A stretch of 64,000 bases of DNA from assembly GCA_910586995.1 (NCBI GenBank), contig CAJUKZ010000011.1, positions 1,819-65,818 of the forward strand. Reading direction: 5' to 3'. The position numbers and the translations under genes are program-made. Every line of letters starts with the position of its first letter. The stretch's first letter is position 1. The notes below the pieces were generated by a model. It was not told the origin of the DNA. It searched no databases and saw only the letters and a program-made list of their open reading frames with translations. This document shows positions 11,254-20,888 of the stretch, piece by piece. Origin of the DNA: an uncultured Muribaculaceae bacterium. GTDB taxonomy: Bacteria; Bacteroidota; Bacteroidia; Bacteroidales; Muribaculaceae.

Positions 11254-11765
11254 CAAAATCTCCAGCCAAGACAAATGCCGCGCGTCTTCTCGACCGAGCC
11301 GGCATAGCTTATGAACTGATTCCTTATGAAGTAGACGAGAACGATCTTGCCGCTACCCACGTGGCCGAAAGTCTCGGAGAGGATATAAGCAGGGTGTTCA
11401 AGACCATTGTCCTGCGCATAGAGCCAGGCAACGGTCATATAGTTTGTGTTCTGCCCGGCGATTGCGAGGTAGACTTGAAGAAAGCTGCCAAAGTGGCGTC
11501 CGCCAAGAAAGTAGAGCCGGTGAAAGTGAGTGAACTGCTTGGCCTCACAGGTTATATCCGCGGGGGATGTTCGCCGGTGGGCATGAAGAAGCCTTTTCCG
11601 GTTATATTCCATTCCACTGCGCCGGAGTATGATTTCATATATGTGAGTGCGGGCCAGCGTGGATTGCAGATCAAAGTAGATCCGAAGAATCTTATAGCAT
11701 ATACGAAAGCGGCGGTTGCCGATATAACCTCAGAATCTTGCCAGGATGATCAACAGCATTGGTAA
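11250..11765 (+). CDS. ybaK: Cys-tRNA(Pro) deacylase
   Basis: KTNAARLL, VFKTIV, TGYIRGGCSPVG, VSAGQRG; ATGA overlap with the lysA stop. Confidence 0.9.
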   Translation: MTKSPAKTNAARLLDRAGIAYELIPYEVDENDLAATHVAESLGEDISRVFKTIVLRIEPGNGHIVCVLPGDCEVDLKKAAKVASAKKVEPVKVSELLGLTGYIRGGCSPVGMKKPFPVIFHSTAPEYDFIYVSAGQRGLQIKVDPKNLIAYTKAAVADITSESCQDDQQHW

Positions 11766-12825
11766 TATCTATCGGCTTACATCTTTTGGAGAAAGCCACG
11801 GCCCGGCGATAGGTGGGGTGATCGACGGAGTGCCTTCTGGTCTGGTTATCGACACTGAAGCTCTCCAGACAGAACTGGACCGCAGACGTCCCGGAACTTC
11901 CGACGTCAGCTCTCGTCGCAGCGAGCCAGACAAGGTCCGTTTGCTATCAGGAATATACAAAGGTGTTACCACCGGTTCTCCCATCGGGTTTATTATAGAG
12001 AATACAGATGCGCGGCCGTCCGACTATGCGGATATAAGAGATGCATTCCGGCCAAATCATGCCGACTATACATATTATGCCAAGTTCGGGCATCGCGATC
12101 CAAATGGAGGCGGACGTGCTTCGGCTCGCGAGACCGCAGCGAGGGTTGTGGCCGGAGCAGTGGCCTTGCAGGCGCTTGCTGCTGTGGGCATTCGTGTCGA
12201 TGCATATGCTTCTGCGATCGGATATGTTGGCTGTAATGCAGATTACAATAGTTTTGACCTTGCGAAAGTGTGGGATTCTCCGGTGAGATGTCCTGACGAA
12301 GATATATCCGCAGCTATGCGTCAGGCTATAATTGATGCTGCCTCTGAAGGAGATTCGCTCGGAGGTATTGTTACTTGCATCGTACGCGGAGCACCTGCCG
12401 GACTTGGCGAGCCTGTGTTTTCCCGACTTGAATCCATGCTCGGAGCGGCTATGCTCAGCATACCTGCTGCAAAAGGGTTCGATGTAGGCTTAGGGGTTGA
12501 CAGCGCAACTGCACGCGGATCGCAGGTGCGCGATATTTTCTGCGTGACTGAGGACTCGCGTATATCGACAGACAGCAATTGGTCGGGAGGAATTCAAGGT
12601 GGTATCTCCAATGGCAACGACATAGTGATGCGGGTGTTTTTCAAGCCTACACCTACAGTGATGCAGCCATATACAACTGTCGATTCTTCAATGCGGACGG
12701 TAAGTGTACGGCCCAAAGGCAGGCATGATCCTTGCGTAGTGCCAAGGGCTGTGCAGGTGGTGAGATCTATGGCTGCTATTACAATGTTTGACGCCCTGCT
12801 GCTTGATAGGTGCAGGAGAATGTGA
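11746..12825 (+). CDS. aroC: Chorismate synthase
   Basis: FGESHG, RPNHADY, GGGRASARET, GGIQGGISNG, GRHDPC. Confidence 0.95.
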   Translation: MINSIGNIYRLTSFGESHGPAIGGVIDGVPSGLVIDTEALQTELDRRRPGTSDVSSRRSEPDKVRLLSGIYKGVTTGSPIGFIIENTDARPSDYADIRDAFRPNHADYTYYAKFGHRDPNGGGRASARETAARVVAGAVALQALAAVGIRVDAYASAIGYVGCNADYNSFDLAKVWDSPVRCPDEDISAAMRQAIIDAASEGDSLGGIVTCIVRGAPAGLGEPVFSRLESMLGAAMLSIPAAKGFDVGLGVDSATARGSQVRDIFCVTEDSRISTDSNWSGGIQGGISNGNDIVMRVFFKPTPTVMQPYTTVDSSMRTVSVRPKGRHDPCVVPRAVQVVRSMAAITMFDALLLDRCRRM

Positions 12826-12830
12826 CGGTT

Positions 12831-13730
12831 ATGAGTAATCCGTATTATCGGGAATATTCCGATTTTCTTGCCGAGGTATTTCCCGGAGGCAAGGTGCAGA
12901 AACTTTCTATAAATGCCGGGTTTTCGTGCCCTAACCGCGACGGTTCCAAGGGCTATGGAGGCTGTGTGTACTGCAATAACCACTCTTTCAGCCCGGAATA
13001 TACGGCTACTACTCCAGGCGATGTAGCAGAACAGCTTGAGCGGGGGCGTGGATTTTTTGCACGCAAGTATAGCAACATGCGCTATCTGGCATACTTTCAG
13101 TCGTATACAGGTACGTATTCCGATATTGACCGTCTGATGCCGCTCTACGAAGCAGCCATTGCGCCTGACGATGTGGTGGGGCTTGTGATAGGTACACGTC
13201 CCGACTGCATGCCCGATGCTCTGCTCAGTGAACTCGTGAGGCTCAACCGGACCAAGACCGTTATGATAGAGTATGGTGTGGAGTCGTCGCATGATTCCAC
13301 CCTGCGCCTTATCAACCGCTGCCATACATGGGCCGAGAGTGCGGATGCCTTGAGCCGCACATTAGATGCAGGGCTATATACCGGCGCACATTTGATAATG
13401 GGCTTGCCCGGCGAGACTGAAGACATGATGATGGAGACGGTCGAACGCATGGCCCTCCTGCATCCGCATCTCCTTAAATTCCACCAATTGCAGATTCTTC
13501 GCGGCACACGTCTGGCCGCGCAGGCAGATTCAATACCGGTCTTCACACTCGACGAATATCTCGATCTGTGTGTACGGATAGTGCGACGGTTGGGCGACAC
13601 CGGAATATGTATTGATCGCTTTGCAGCTTCGTCGCCCAGCGCAATGCTTATAGCACCACGCTGGGGACTTAAAAACTACGAATTCACCAATTTGCTACAT
13701 CGCAGGCTGCAGTTATTGCGCGAATTATAA
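12831..13730 (+). CDS. TIGR01212/YhcC-family radical SAM protein
   Basis: AGFSCPNRDG...GGCVYC, AYFQSYT, IGTRPDC motifs. Confidence 0.9.
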   Translation: MSNPYYREYSDFLAEVFPGGKVQKLSINAGFSCPNRDGSKGYGGCVYCNNHSFSPEYTATTPGDVAEQLERGRGFFARKYSNMRYLAYFQSYTGTYSDIDRLMPLYEAAIAPDDVVGLVIGTRPDCMPDALLSELVRLNRTKTVMIEYGVESSHDSTLRLINRCHTWAESADALSRTLDAGLYTGAHLIMGLPGETEDMMMETVERMALLHPHLLKFHQLQILRGTRLAAQADSIPVFTLDEYLDLCVRIVRRLGDTGICIDRFAASSPSAMLIAPRWGLKNYEFTNLLHRRLQLLREL

Positions 13731-14936
13731 CGCTTTGTAATTTGAGAATCTGCTCCAGCCGGTAGCTTTCTTATATTTTGCGATACTACCCTCTGGTACG
13801 TACACAGTGACATCCGTAGGGGTAAGTTCTGACGGTTGATTGACCAATTCGAATGCTGATGCCGGATATTCATGGAAATGATCTTTGTCGAGAAAGCCTG
13901 TTTCCACAACTGGAGGATTAGGATTGCTGCAATATATTGCTTGAAGATTATTCAATGCAAACAGGCTACCCATATCCAATTGCTTAAGAGATTCAGGCAA
14001 TCTTACAATCTTAGCGCAGGAATTGAAAAAAGCAAGTTCCCTGATTCGTTCGACTCCCTCGCTTACTATAATCTCGGATGCGCTGGTTCGGCTGAATGCC
14101 ATTTTTTCGATCGTCTTGACCGTTGACGGTATCACGAGTTTGCCTAAATCATTTGCATCCGATGCGTAAAATCCTATTGAACATTCGCTACGGAATGCCG
14201 CTGTCTGAATTTCTTCGACTCCTTCGGGGATTATAAAATTGCCCAGACTCAGCATGTTGTTTTCGAAACAATAGCTGCCCGCCTTTCGTAATGAGCCGGG
14301 TAATTCGAGTTTAGTGACAGCAATAGCGCAAAACGCTCTTTCTCCTATTTCTTCTGTGTCTTTGGGCAGACGTATATTCAAGATCGGTACGGATAGAACA
14401 CTTACGAACACGGGGGGCGATATAGGCTCTGTTCCCGGATTATCCCTGCTCTTTGAGAGATAATCATAATCGTAAGTTTTAAAGAATGCCCTATCCGGGA
14501 TCACATTGTTCTCAAAACTCGCATTATGCATGTCGAGCATTATAAGGTAGTGGTTAGCTGCACAATCTCGGATGTATTGCGCATCATCGATATTCATCGG
14601 ACCTGATATTGTCAGGGCATCCATGCCTTCTGTCTTTCCTTCCAGTTCCATCTCCAATGTTCCCGCTTGTCGGAGCACAACGCTTACAGGATTGTCCGGC
14701 GCCTTTTTCGATAGGGCGATAATAATTGGAGAACATTCCTCATGGTAGCGCAGATCTACAAAGTCTCCATTTAATATAAGACCTGAGGAATGCAACAGTT
14801 TAGGCTCATCCGGATTTTCATAGAATGGAGGATCTCCTCCGCAGGGTTCATCAGAGTCTGAATCATTACATCCGTACAAACCGGTAGCAAGTACGGTAAG
14901 CATCGCAGTAATGCTGATTTTAAAGAATTGTTTCAT
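13725..14936 (-). CDS. BspA-type leucine-rich-repeat lipoprotein (cassette 1)
   Basis: Lipoprotein signal ending TGLYG-C followed by acidic NDSDSDE; LRR_5-like repeats (LPKDTEEIGERAF, IPSTVKTIEKMAF, LPESL); typical terminus VYVPEGSIAKYKKATGWSRF. Confidence 0.85.
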   Translation of the reverse strand: MKQFFKISITAMLTVLATGLYGCNDSDSDEPCGGDPPFYENPDEPKLLHSSGLILNGDFVDLRYHEECSPIIIALSKKAPDNPVSVVLRQAGTLEMELEGKTEGMDALTISGPMNIDDAQYIRDCAANHYLIMLDMHNASFENNVIPDRAFFKTYDYDYLSKSRDNPGTEPISPPVFVSVLSVPILNIRLPKDTEEIGERAFCAIAVTKLELPGSLRKAGSYCFENNMLSLGNFIIPEGVEEIQTAAFRSECSIGFYASDANDLGKLVIPSTVKTIEKMAFSRTSASEIIVSEGVERIRELAFFNSCAKIVRLPESLKQLDMGSLFALNNLQAIYCSNPNPPVVETGFLDKDHFHEYPASAFELVNQPSELTPTDVTVYVPEGSIAKYKKATGWSRFSNYKAL

Positions 14937-14944
14937 GGCTAATA

Positions 14945-17545
14945 TCATTTTGTGAATTTATAAGTGTTGATTACTTCTCCATCTAATGTGCATGAAAGTA
15001 CATATATTCCTGTAGACAGGTTATCTGTATCTATGTGTATGTTTTTCTCATCAATAGATAAGTCTTTAGTATATACAATACGTCCGGTTGATAAAGATGC
15101 TAATGTTAAGCAGTATCCTGAAACCGGGGTATCCTGCATTACTATATCAATGCCTTTGGCTGCATTTTCGTCTAAAGAAAGATATTTTATGCCAAATTCT
15201 AAAGAGATGTTTACTTCACTGTCCATAAGTTCACCCTCTGGTGTAATGGCTACAATTCTATAGGTGTCGTTGCCGGAAGCAGGAGTTACTTTTAGTGTCG
15301 AGTTTGTTGATGCTTTCTGATTTTTTGAATTGTACCATGTAGGGATTAAAGGAAAGTCCGGATCCGGATTTATAGTACCTATGCCGCCTTCCCATATTAA
15401 AGAATCTACAGGGATTGCTGTAAAGGTTTTATGAGGAGTGGTAAGGTCAATAGTTTGTCCACCAACGATGTTGTTGTTTTCGTCAGTCATTACAAAGTCA
15501 ATGATATGCCTCTCCTCATTTTTTGGAGCGTCGAAAAAATCAAAAAATAATGATATTCGTCCTACTGCATAAGGATTCATACTGATTTGATTATAACTGC
15601 TTGTCGCTTCTAACATCTGTGTTGAATTAGGACTGTAGTTGTTATCTACAATGGCGGAGCCGTGTTTTCCTCCTCTAAGCCAAGATTGATATGCCGTTGA
15701 AGACATATCTGTAATTACATTTGCATATTTAAATATATCTTTTGATGATTCATCTCTCCAGTTGAAGCGGAGATTGTATTTTTTACTTTCGTTAGTCGGA
15801 TTATATATAAACATTGATGTTGCCCTTATTGTATCTGCATTATCAATTACAGAATATGTAGATTGTGCCGTACCAGAGAACTTACTTACCATGAAAGAAT
15901 GGTCAAGATCCATGTTTTTTTCATCAACCAATGCTGCAAAAATTGTAAATTGGTGATGTTCGGGATGTGTAGTTCCTTTAGTCAATTCCTTAGGTATGTT
16001 TAACCATGTAGAGAAAACTTTTGATTGATTTGGTTCAATATCTGTTATTTTTATATCTGCGATATGTCCGCCAGTAGGTTCATCCAGATATTTCCCATTT
16101 ATGAAAGTATATTGATTTACCATTGATGAAGCCTGAGCCCAATATAATCTTAACGTTTTTCCTGATTCATATTTTATATCGCCGTCATTTCTTACCCTTA
16201 CATTAACACATGCACGGTTTGTCCCATAACTTTGTCTAATATATTGTGGCTGCTCTTTTCCGTCACATCCATTCCGTAGCCATATATCAGGACTATTCCA
16301 AAATATACCGTTATTAAGAAGTTCTTCATTTGGCGCTTGTCTTATTATGAGATCAGATATAACTCTATTTATAGCCAATAGTTCAGCAAGTCCATCAGGT
16401 GAGGACTGCATATATGGATTCATTTTTGTTTGTTGTACGCCAAAGGTTCTGTCTTTTAAGTTCTCGTAAGCAAAGTTAAAAGCTTCTGATATTGAAATAT
16501 ATGAGTCATTATTGAGGTCTGCATTAACCTTTTTTCCATTATCATAGTCTTGTCCATTTAGAGCTGCTGTAATACAGCGCATAAAATAAGTTAATCTATA
16601 TTTATGACCATATGCAGGCCCATCGGATGATGCAAGTACAACGCATCCGGGATAATTAAGTTGTTCTGCAAAATGTTTTGAATGACATCCGCCTAAGATT
16701 ATAATTACATTTGTGTGATTATCCAAAAACGGTTTTATCCAAGGTAGTAGATCATCAGCATATAGGTCTTGTTGATGGATGGATAATCCACAACCGCGGC
16801 TGTCAGGAACTTTGCCATGAGATGATATGAAAATTATTAGATTGTCATTTGCTTGGACTTTTGTTTGTAGTAATTCTAAGTACTTTTTTATATTGTTATA
16901 TGTTGTATTATCGTCTACATTCTTGCCTCCTCCAAGATTTTTAGGATATAATTTCTTGTCAACAGGGTCATAAGTACGACATTGCTGTAAAAGAGAATAT
17001 ATATTATCATATGGTACACCATAGCGTTTTGTCAATGTTTGATAAAAAAAACGACAGTCATAGTCAAATCTATCAGATTCTTCGTCTGGCATAGCCTTAC
17101 CGCCAACGATAAGTGAATATGTTCGCTTTGCTGAAATGCTATTTTCTCCGCGAGAAATATTAGAATTATCTAAAATAAAGTCAGTATTAAAATCATCATC
17201 ATCTCTTTTTTTTACATTGTATGGTATGTAATTGTAATCTTCAGGAGGTGAAGATAAAAGCATCTGCTTAATTTGAGGATTTTGATCAGATGTATTTTTT
17301 GGATAGGTTACTACATAACAGTCATGCTCCCAAAGGGCATATGGAACTGCGTCTATAAAGAATAACCATTCATCATTTTCTATATTGTCTTTAGGACTAA
17401 TTATATAATAATCCACATCCTTATTCTCAAACAATTTAGATATTTGTCCGAAGGCTTGCTGTTGAGTGATTTCATTTGCCGAAATATTACTCGAATACAA
17501 TAAAGTTAAAAAAAACAAGAATAATAAACTAAACGGTTGTTTCAT
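14945..17545 (-). CDS. Secreted clan CD (C13/caspase-like) cysteine peptidase with T9SS-type C-terminal domain (cassette 1)
   Basis: Signal peptide; FISSHG (His243) and ILGGCHS (Cys287); DLNNDSYISISEAF; FWNSPDIW domain; C-terminal STGIYVL...KFTK; AT-rich. Confidence 0.75.
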   Translation of the reverse strand: MKQPFSLLFLFFLTLLYSSNISANEITQQQAFGQISKLFENKDVDYYIISPKDNIENDEWLFFIDAVPYALWEHDCYVVTYPKNTSDQNPQIKQMLLSSPPEDYNYIPYNVKKRDDDDFNTDFILDNSNISRGENSISAKRTYSLIVGGKAMPDEESDRFDYDCRFFYQTLTKRYGVPYDNIYSLLQQCRTYDPVDKKLYPKNLGGGKNVDDNTTYNNIKKYLELLQTKVQANDNLIIFISSHGKVPDSRGCGLSIHQQDLYADDLLPWIKPFLDNHTNVIIILGGCHSKHFAEQLNYPGCVVLASSDGPAYGHKYRLTYFMRCITAALNGQDYDNGKKVNADLNNDSYISISEAFNFAYENLKDRTFGVQQTKMNPYMQSSPDGLAELLAINRVISDLIIRQAPNEELLNNGIFWNSPDIWLRNGCDGKEQPQYIRQSYGTNRACVNVRVRNDGDIKYESGKTLRLYWAQASSMVNQYTFINGKYLDEPTGGHIADIKITDIEPNQSKVFSTWLNIPKELTKGTTHPEHHQFTIFAALVDEKNMDLDHSFMVSKFSGTAQSTYSVIDNADTIRATSMFIYNPTNESKKYNLRFNWRDESSKDIFKYANVITDMSSTAYQSWLRGGKHGSAIVDNNYSPNSTQMLEATSSYNQISMNPYAVGRISLFFDFFDAPKNEERHIIDFVMTDENNNIVGGQTIDLTTPHKTFTAIPVDSLIWEGGIGTINPDPDFPLIPTWYNSKNQKASTNSTLKVTPASGNDTYRIVAITPEGELMDSEVNISLEFGIKYLSLDENAAKGIDIVMQDTPVSGYCLTLASLSTGRIVYTKDLSIDEKNIHIDTDNLSTGIYVLSCTLDGEVINTYKFTK

Positions 17546-17740
17546 AAATACTTAATATTTAAGGCTAATAACATTCAGGTTGATAATTATGCTAAAGTTA
17601 CATCTGCACGATAAAGATATACAAAAAAATGGAATAAGTCAATATATATCAAAAAAATATTCCGGTTTGAAGACGAACAGCGGCTTTAATATAAAATTAA
17701 TATAAAATCATTAGGGAATGTGATGCTGATAACAGAAAGT

Positions 17741-17799
17741 ATACGAATATAAAAAAGGTATTACCCATGTAGCGGGTAATACCTTTTTTATATTTGTAT
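17741..17799. terminator. Bidirectional intrinsic terminator downstream of korB
   Basis: Inverted repeat AATATAAAAAAGGTATTACCC / GGGTAATACCTTTTTTATATT with a 7-nt loop. Confidence 0.85.
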
Positions 17800-17812
17800 G
17801 AATAAATTCAGC

Positions 17813-18832
17813 CTACTTCACTTCCCAGGTTTCTCCGGCGAGGATCATTGATCGCAGGGAGTCGAAGCCTTTGCGGGCGCGGACACTCTCGACCTGGGCG
17901 CTCACTTCGTCGTTGTAGGTAGGAGCTTCCACGTCGCGTATCACACCAATTGCAAGCGGCAGTTCCTTACCATCCATCATGGCAAGTTGCTGATGCAGGA
18001 AGTTGCTCTGGCAATGGGCGTCGTGCACGAGTACATCGTCGATAGTGTAGCCGTCCTTGCCTATCTCCACGGCTTTGAGCAGGAAGCCGTCCTGCACAAG
18101 ACCTTTTTCGGAGTTCTTGCCGAAAACCATCTTTTCGCCGTGGCGCAGGTGTATGGTGCGATCGGCGCGGAATTCGCGGTCGGTGATGGCATTATGTATG
18201 CCGTTGTTGAAGATCACGCAGTTCTGCAGTATCTCGGTTACGGATGCACCCTTGTGGCGTGCGGCGGCCACAAGCACTTCCTGCGATGTGGCGAGTTCTA
18301 CGTCGATCGAACGGCCGAAGAAGTTGCCACGCGCGCCGAAGACGAGTTCGGCCGGGATGAAGGGGTCTTCGGTAGTGCCGTAGGGCGACGACTTGGACAC
18401 GAATCCGCGGTCTGATGTGGGAGAGTACTGTCCTTTGGTGAGACCGTAGATCTTGTTATTGAACAATATGATGTTTATGTCTATATTGCGTCTTACGGCA
18501 TGGATGAAATGGTTTCCTCCGATGGCCAGTCCGTCGCCGTCGCCGGAGATCTGCCATACGGTCATCTCGGGGTTTGCGACTTTAAAGCCAGTGGCGATTG
18601 CTGCCGCACGTCCGTGGATGGTATGGAATCCGTATGTGTTCATATAATACGGCAGACGTGAGGAGCAGCCGATGCCGGAGATCACTGCAGTCATGTGAGG
18701 AGGGACTCCGAGGGTTGCCATAGCCTTGTGGAGAGTGTTGAGGATGGCGTGGTCGCCGCAGCCGGGACACCAGCGTACGCTTTGGTCGCTTTTATAGTCG
18801 GCGGGAGTGAATGTGTCGGTGATGTGTTCCAT
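17813..18832 (-). CDS. korB: 2-oxoacid:ferredoxin oxidoreductase beta subunit
   Basis: WCPGCGD, SGIGCSS, HTIHGR, GDGD TPP motif, YGLTKGQYSPT. Confidence 0.9.
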   Translation of the reverse strand: MEHITDTFTPADYKSDQSVRWCPGCGDHAILNTLHKAMATLGVPPHMTAVISGIGCSSRLPYYMNTYGFHTIHGRAAAIATGFKVANPEMTVWQISGDGDGLAIGGNHFIHAVRRNIDINIILFNNKIYGLTKGQYSPTSDRGFVSKSSPYGTTEDPFIPAELVFGARGNFFGRSIDVELATSQEVLVAAARHKGASVTEILQNCVIFNNGIHNAITDREFRADRTIHLRHGEKMVFGKNSEKGLVQDGFLLKAVEIGKDGYTIDDVLVHDAHCQSNFLHQQLAMMDGKELPLAIGVIRDVEAPTYNDEVSAQVESVRARKGFDSLRSMILAGETWEVK

Positions 18833-18834
18833 GA

Positions 18835-20685
18835 TTATTCCTCGTTGATTTTGTTGACGCCTTCCACGATTTCCTGTACGAGGAAGGGCTGACCCTGAAT
18901 TTTATTGATTCGCCGTATGTCCACGTCGGGGAATTTGGCCTGCAGATAGTCGGCGAACTGACCTGTGTTGAGTTCGGCTACGATAACACGCTTGTAGCGG
19001 CGCAGCAGGTCGCCTGTATTTGCCGGGAGCGGGTTGATGTAGCGGAAGTGGGCGAATGCCACAGGCTTGCCTTCGTCGTTGAGTTGCTGGGCTGCGGTGT
19101 AGAGATGTCCGTATGTGCCGCCCCATCCTACAAGGAGTGTGTCGGCGTCGGCACAGCCGCAGGCAATCTCAAGTGCAGGTATGTCGTCGGCGATGCGTGC
19201 CACTTTCTCCTTGCGCAGGAGTACCATCTTCTCGTGGTTGACAGGATCGTTGGATAATGCTCCGCTTGCAGCGTCGCGTTCGAGTCCGCCAAGTCTGTGT
19301 GCCAGTCCGGGTGTGCCGGGTACAGCCCAATATCGGGCCTTTGTCTGTTCGTCGCGCATCACAGGCTGCCAGTTTGAGTTGGCGAGATTTTCCGGCACGA
19401 AGCGGGGTTTGATCTCAGGATATTCCGATGCCTCGGGGATGCGCCATGCGCTTGATCCGTTGCCGATGAATGCATCGGATAGAAGTATTACCGGAGTCAT
19501 GTGTTCGATGGCTATGCGGCTTGCCTCGAATGCCATAGTGAAGCAGTCGGTGGGCGAGCATGGCGCAACTACGGCAACAGGCGATTCACCGTTACGTCCG
19601 TATAGTGCCTGCATCAGGTCGGTCTGTTCGGTCTTGGTAGGCAGACCTGTGGACGGACCTCCGCGCTGCACGTCGATGACAACCAGTGGCAATTCGGCCA
19701 TGACAGCCAGTCCGATACCTTCGCTCTTGAGAGCAAGACCGGGGCCGGAAGTAGAGGTGGCGGCCAGACTGCCTGCGAATGATGCGCCGATGGCGGAGCA
19801 TACGCCGGCTATCTCGTCTTCCATCTGACAAGCCTTGACTCCGAGGTCCTTGCGCTTGGCGAGTTCGTGGAGGATATCGGTCGCAGGTGTGATGGGATAT
19901 GATCCGAGGAACAGCGGACGTCCGGATTTTTCGGAAGCCATGATAAGTCCCCATGCAGTGGCCGTGTTTCCGTTGATGTCGGTATATACACCGGGACGCG
20001 GGTCTTCGGTGTCGATGCGGTAGGTGGGTACTGAAGCGTGTATGTTGGCCCCGTAGTTGTAGCCGGCTTCAAGCACTTTGGCGTTGGCTTCGTAGATTGC
20101 AGGCTTTTTTGCAAATTTGCCGTGAAGGTGACGCAGTGCTCCTTCGAGCGGTCTGTCGAAAAGCCAGCAGATGAGTCCGAGGGTGAATATGTTGCGGCAT
20201 TTGAGTACTGCCTTGTTGTCGAGTCCGCTTTCGGCCAGCGCCGCTTTTGTCATGGATGTCACAGGAACTTCGACCACTGTGTCTGTGATTCCGAGTTCCT
20301 CGAACGGGTTCATGGTCTTGTAGAGCGCTTTTTTGAGGTCGGCTTCTTTGAAAGAGTCGATGTCGACGATGATCACACCGCCTTTGCGCAGGAATTTCAC
20401 ATTCTGCTTGAGTGCGGCGGGATTCATGGCCACGAGCACATCGGCGCTGTCGCCGGGTGTGTGTACGTTTTTTCCGGCGCTTACCTGGAAGCCCGATACT
20501 CCTCCGAGCGAGCCTTGCGGGGCACGGATCTCAGCCGGATAGTCAGGGAAAGTGCTCACCTGATTGCCTACTCCTGCCGAAACGTTGGTGAAGATGTTGC
20601 CTGCGAGCTGCATTCCGTCGCCGGAATCGCCCGAAAATCTCACGACCACTTTGTCGAGGACTTTTACATTGGCTTTTTCATTCAT
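18835..20685 (-). CDS. korA: 2-oxoacid:ferredoxin oxidoreductase alpha subunit
   Basis: GDSGDGMQ, YPAEIRAP, SYPITPAT, QMEDE, TSGPG, QRGGPSTGLPTK. Confidence 0.9.
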   Translation of the reverse strand: MNEKANVKVLDKVVVRFSGDSGDGMQLAGNIFTNVSAGVGNQVSTFPDYPAEIRAPQGSLGGVSGFQVSAGKNVHTPGDSADVLVAMNPAALKQNVKFLRKGGVIIVDIDSFKEADLKKALYKTMNPFEELGITDTVVEVPVTSMTKAALAESGLDNKAVLKCRNIFTLGLICWLFDRPLEGALRHLHGKFAKKPAIYEANAKVLEAGYNYGANIHASVPTYRIDTEDPRPGVYTDINGNTATAWGLIMASEKSGRPLFLGSYPITPATDILHELAKRKDLGVKACQMEDEIAGVCSAIGASFAGSLAATSTSGPGLALKSEGIGLAVMAELPLVVIDVQRGGPSTGLPTKTEQTDLMQALYGRNGESPVAVVAPCSPTDCFTMAFEASRIAIEHMTPVILLSDAFIGNGSSAWRIPEASEYPEIKPRFVPENLANSNWQPVMRDEQTKARYWAVPGTPGLAHRLGGLERDAASGALSNDPVNHEKMVLLRKEKVARIADDIPALEIACGCADADTLLVGWGGTYGHLYTAAQQLNDEGKPVAFAHFRYINPLPANTGDLLRRYKRVIVAELNTGQFADYLQAKFPDVDIRRINKIQGQPFLVQEIVEGVNKINEE

Positions 20686-20888
20686 GATTAGAAACTGGTG
20701 ATGATTGGTGAAATCTTTTCAGGGATGTCAGAAGGTTAACGTGTCTGCTTGTCTTTGGGTGTGTACACGCAAAGAGCGTGCCCTTGTCAGCAAACGCGAC
20801 AAAGGTAATCAAAATTAATAATATAGTGCCCGTTTTAAGTAAATTATTTCCGGTTATCCACCACTGTTTCGCACTGTCGCGGACCGGT

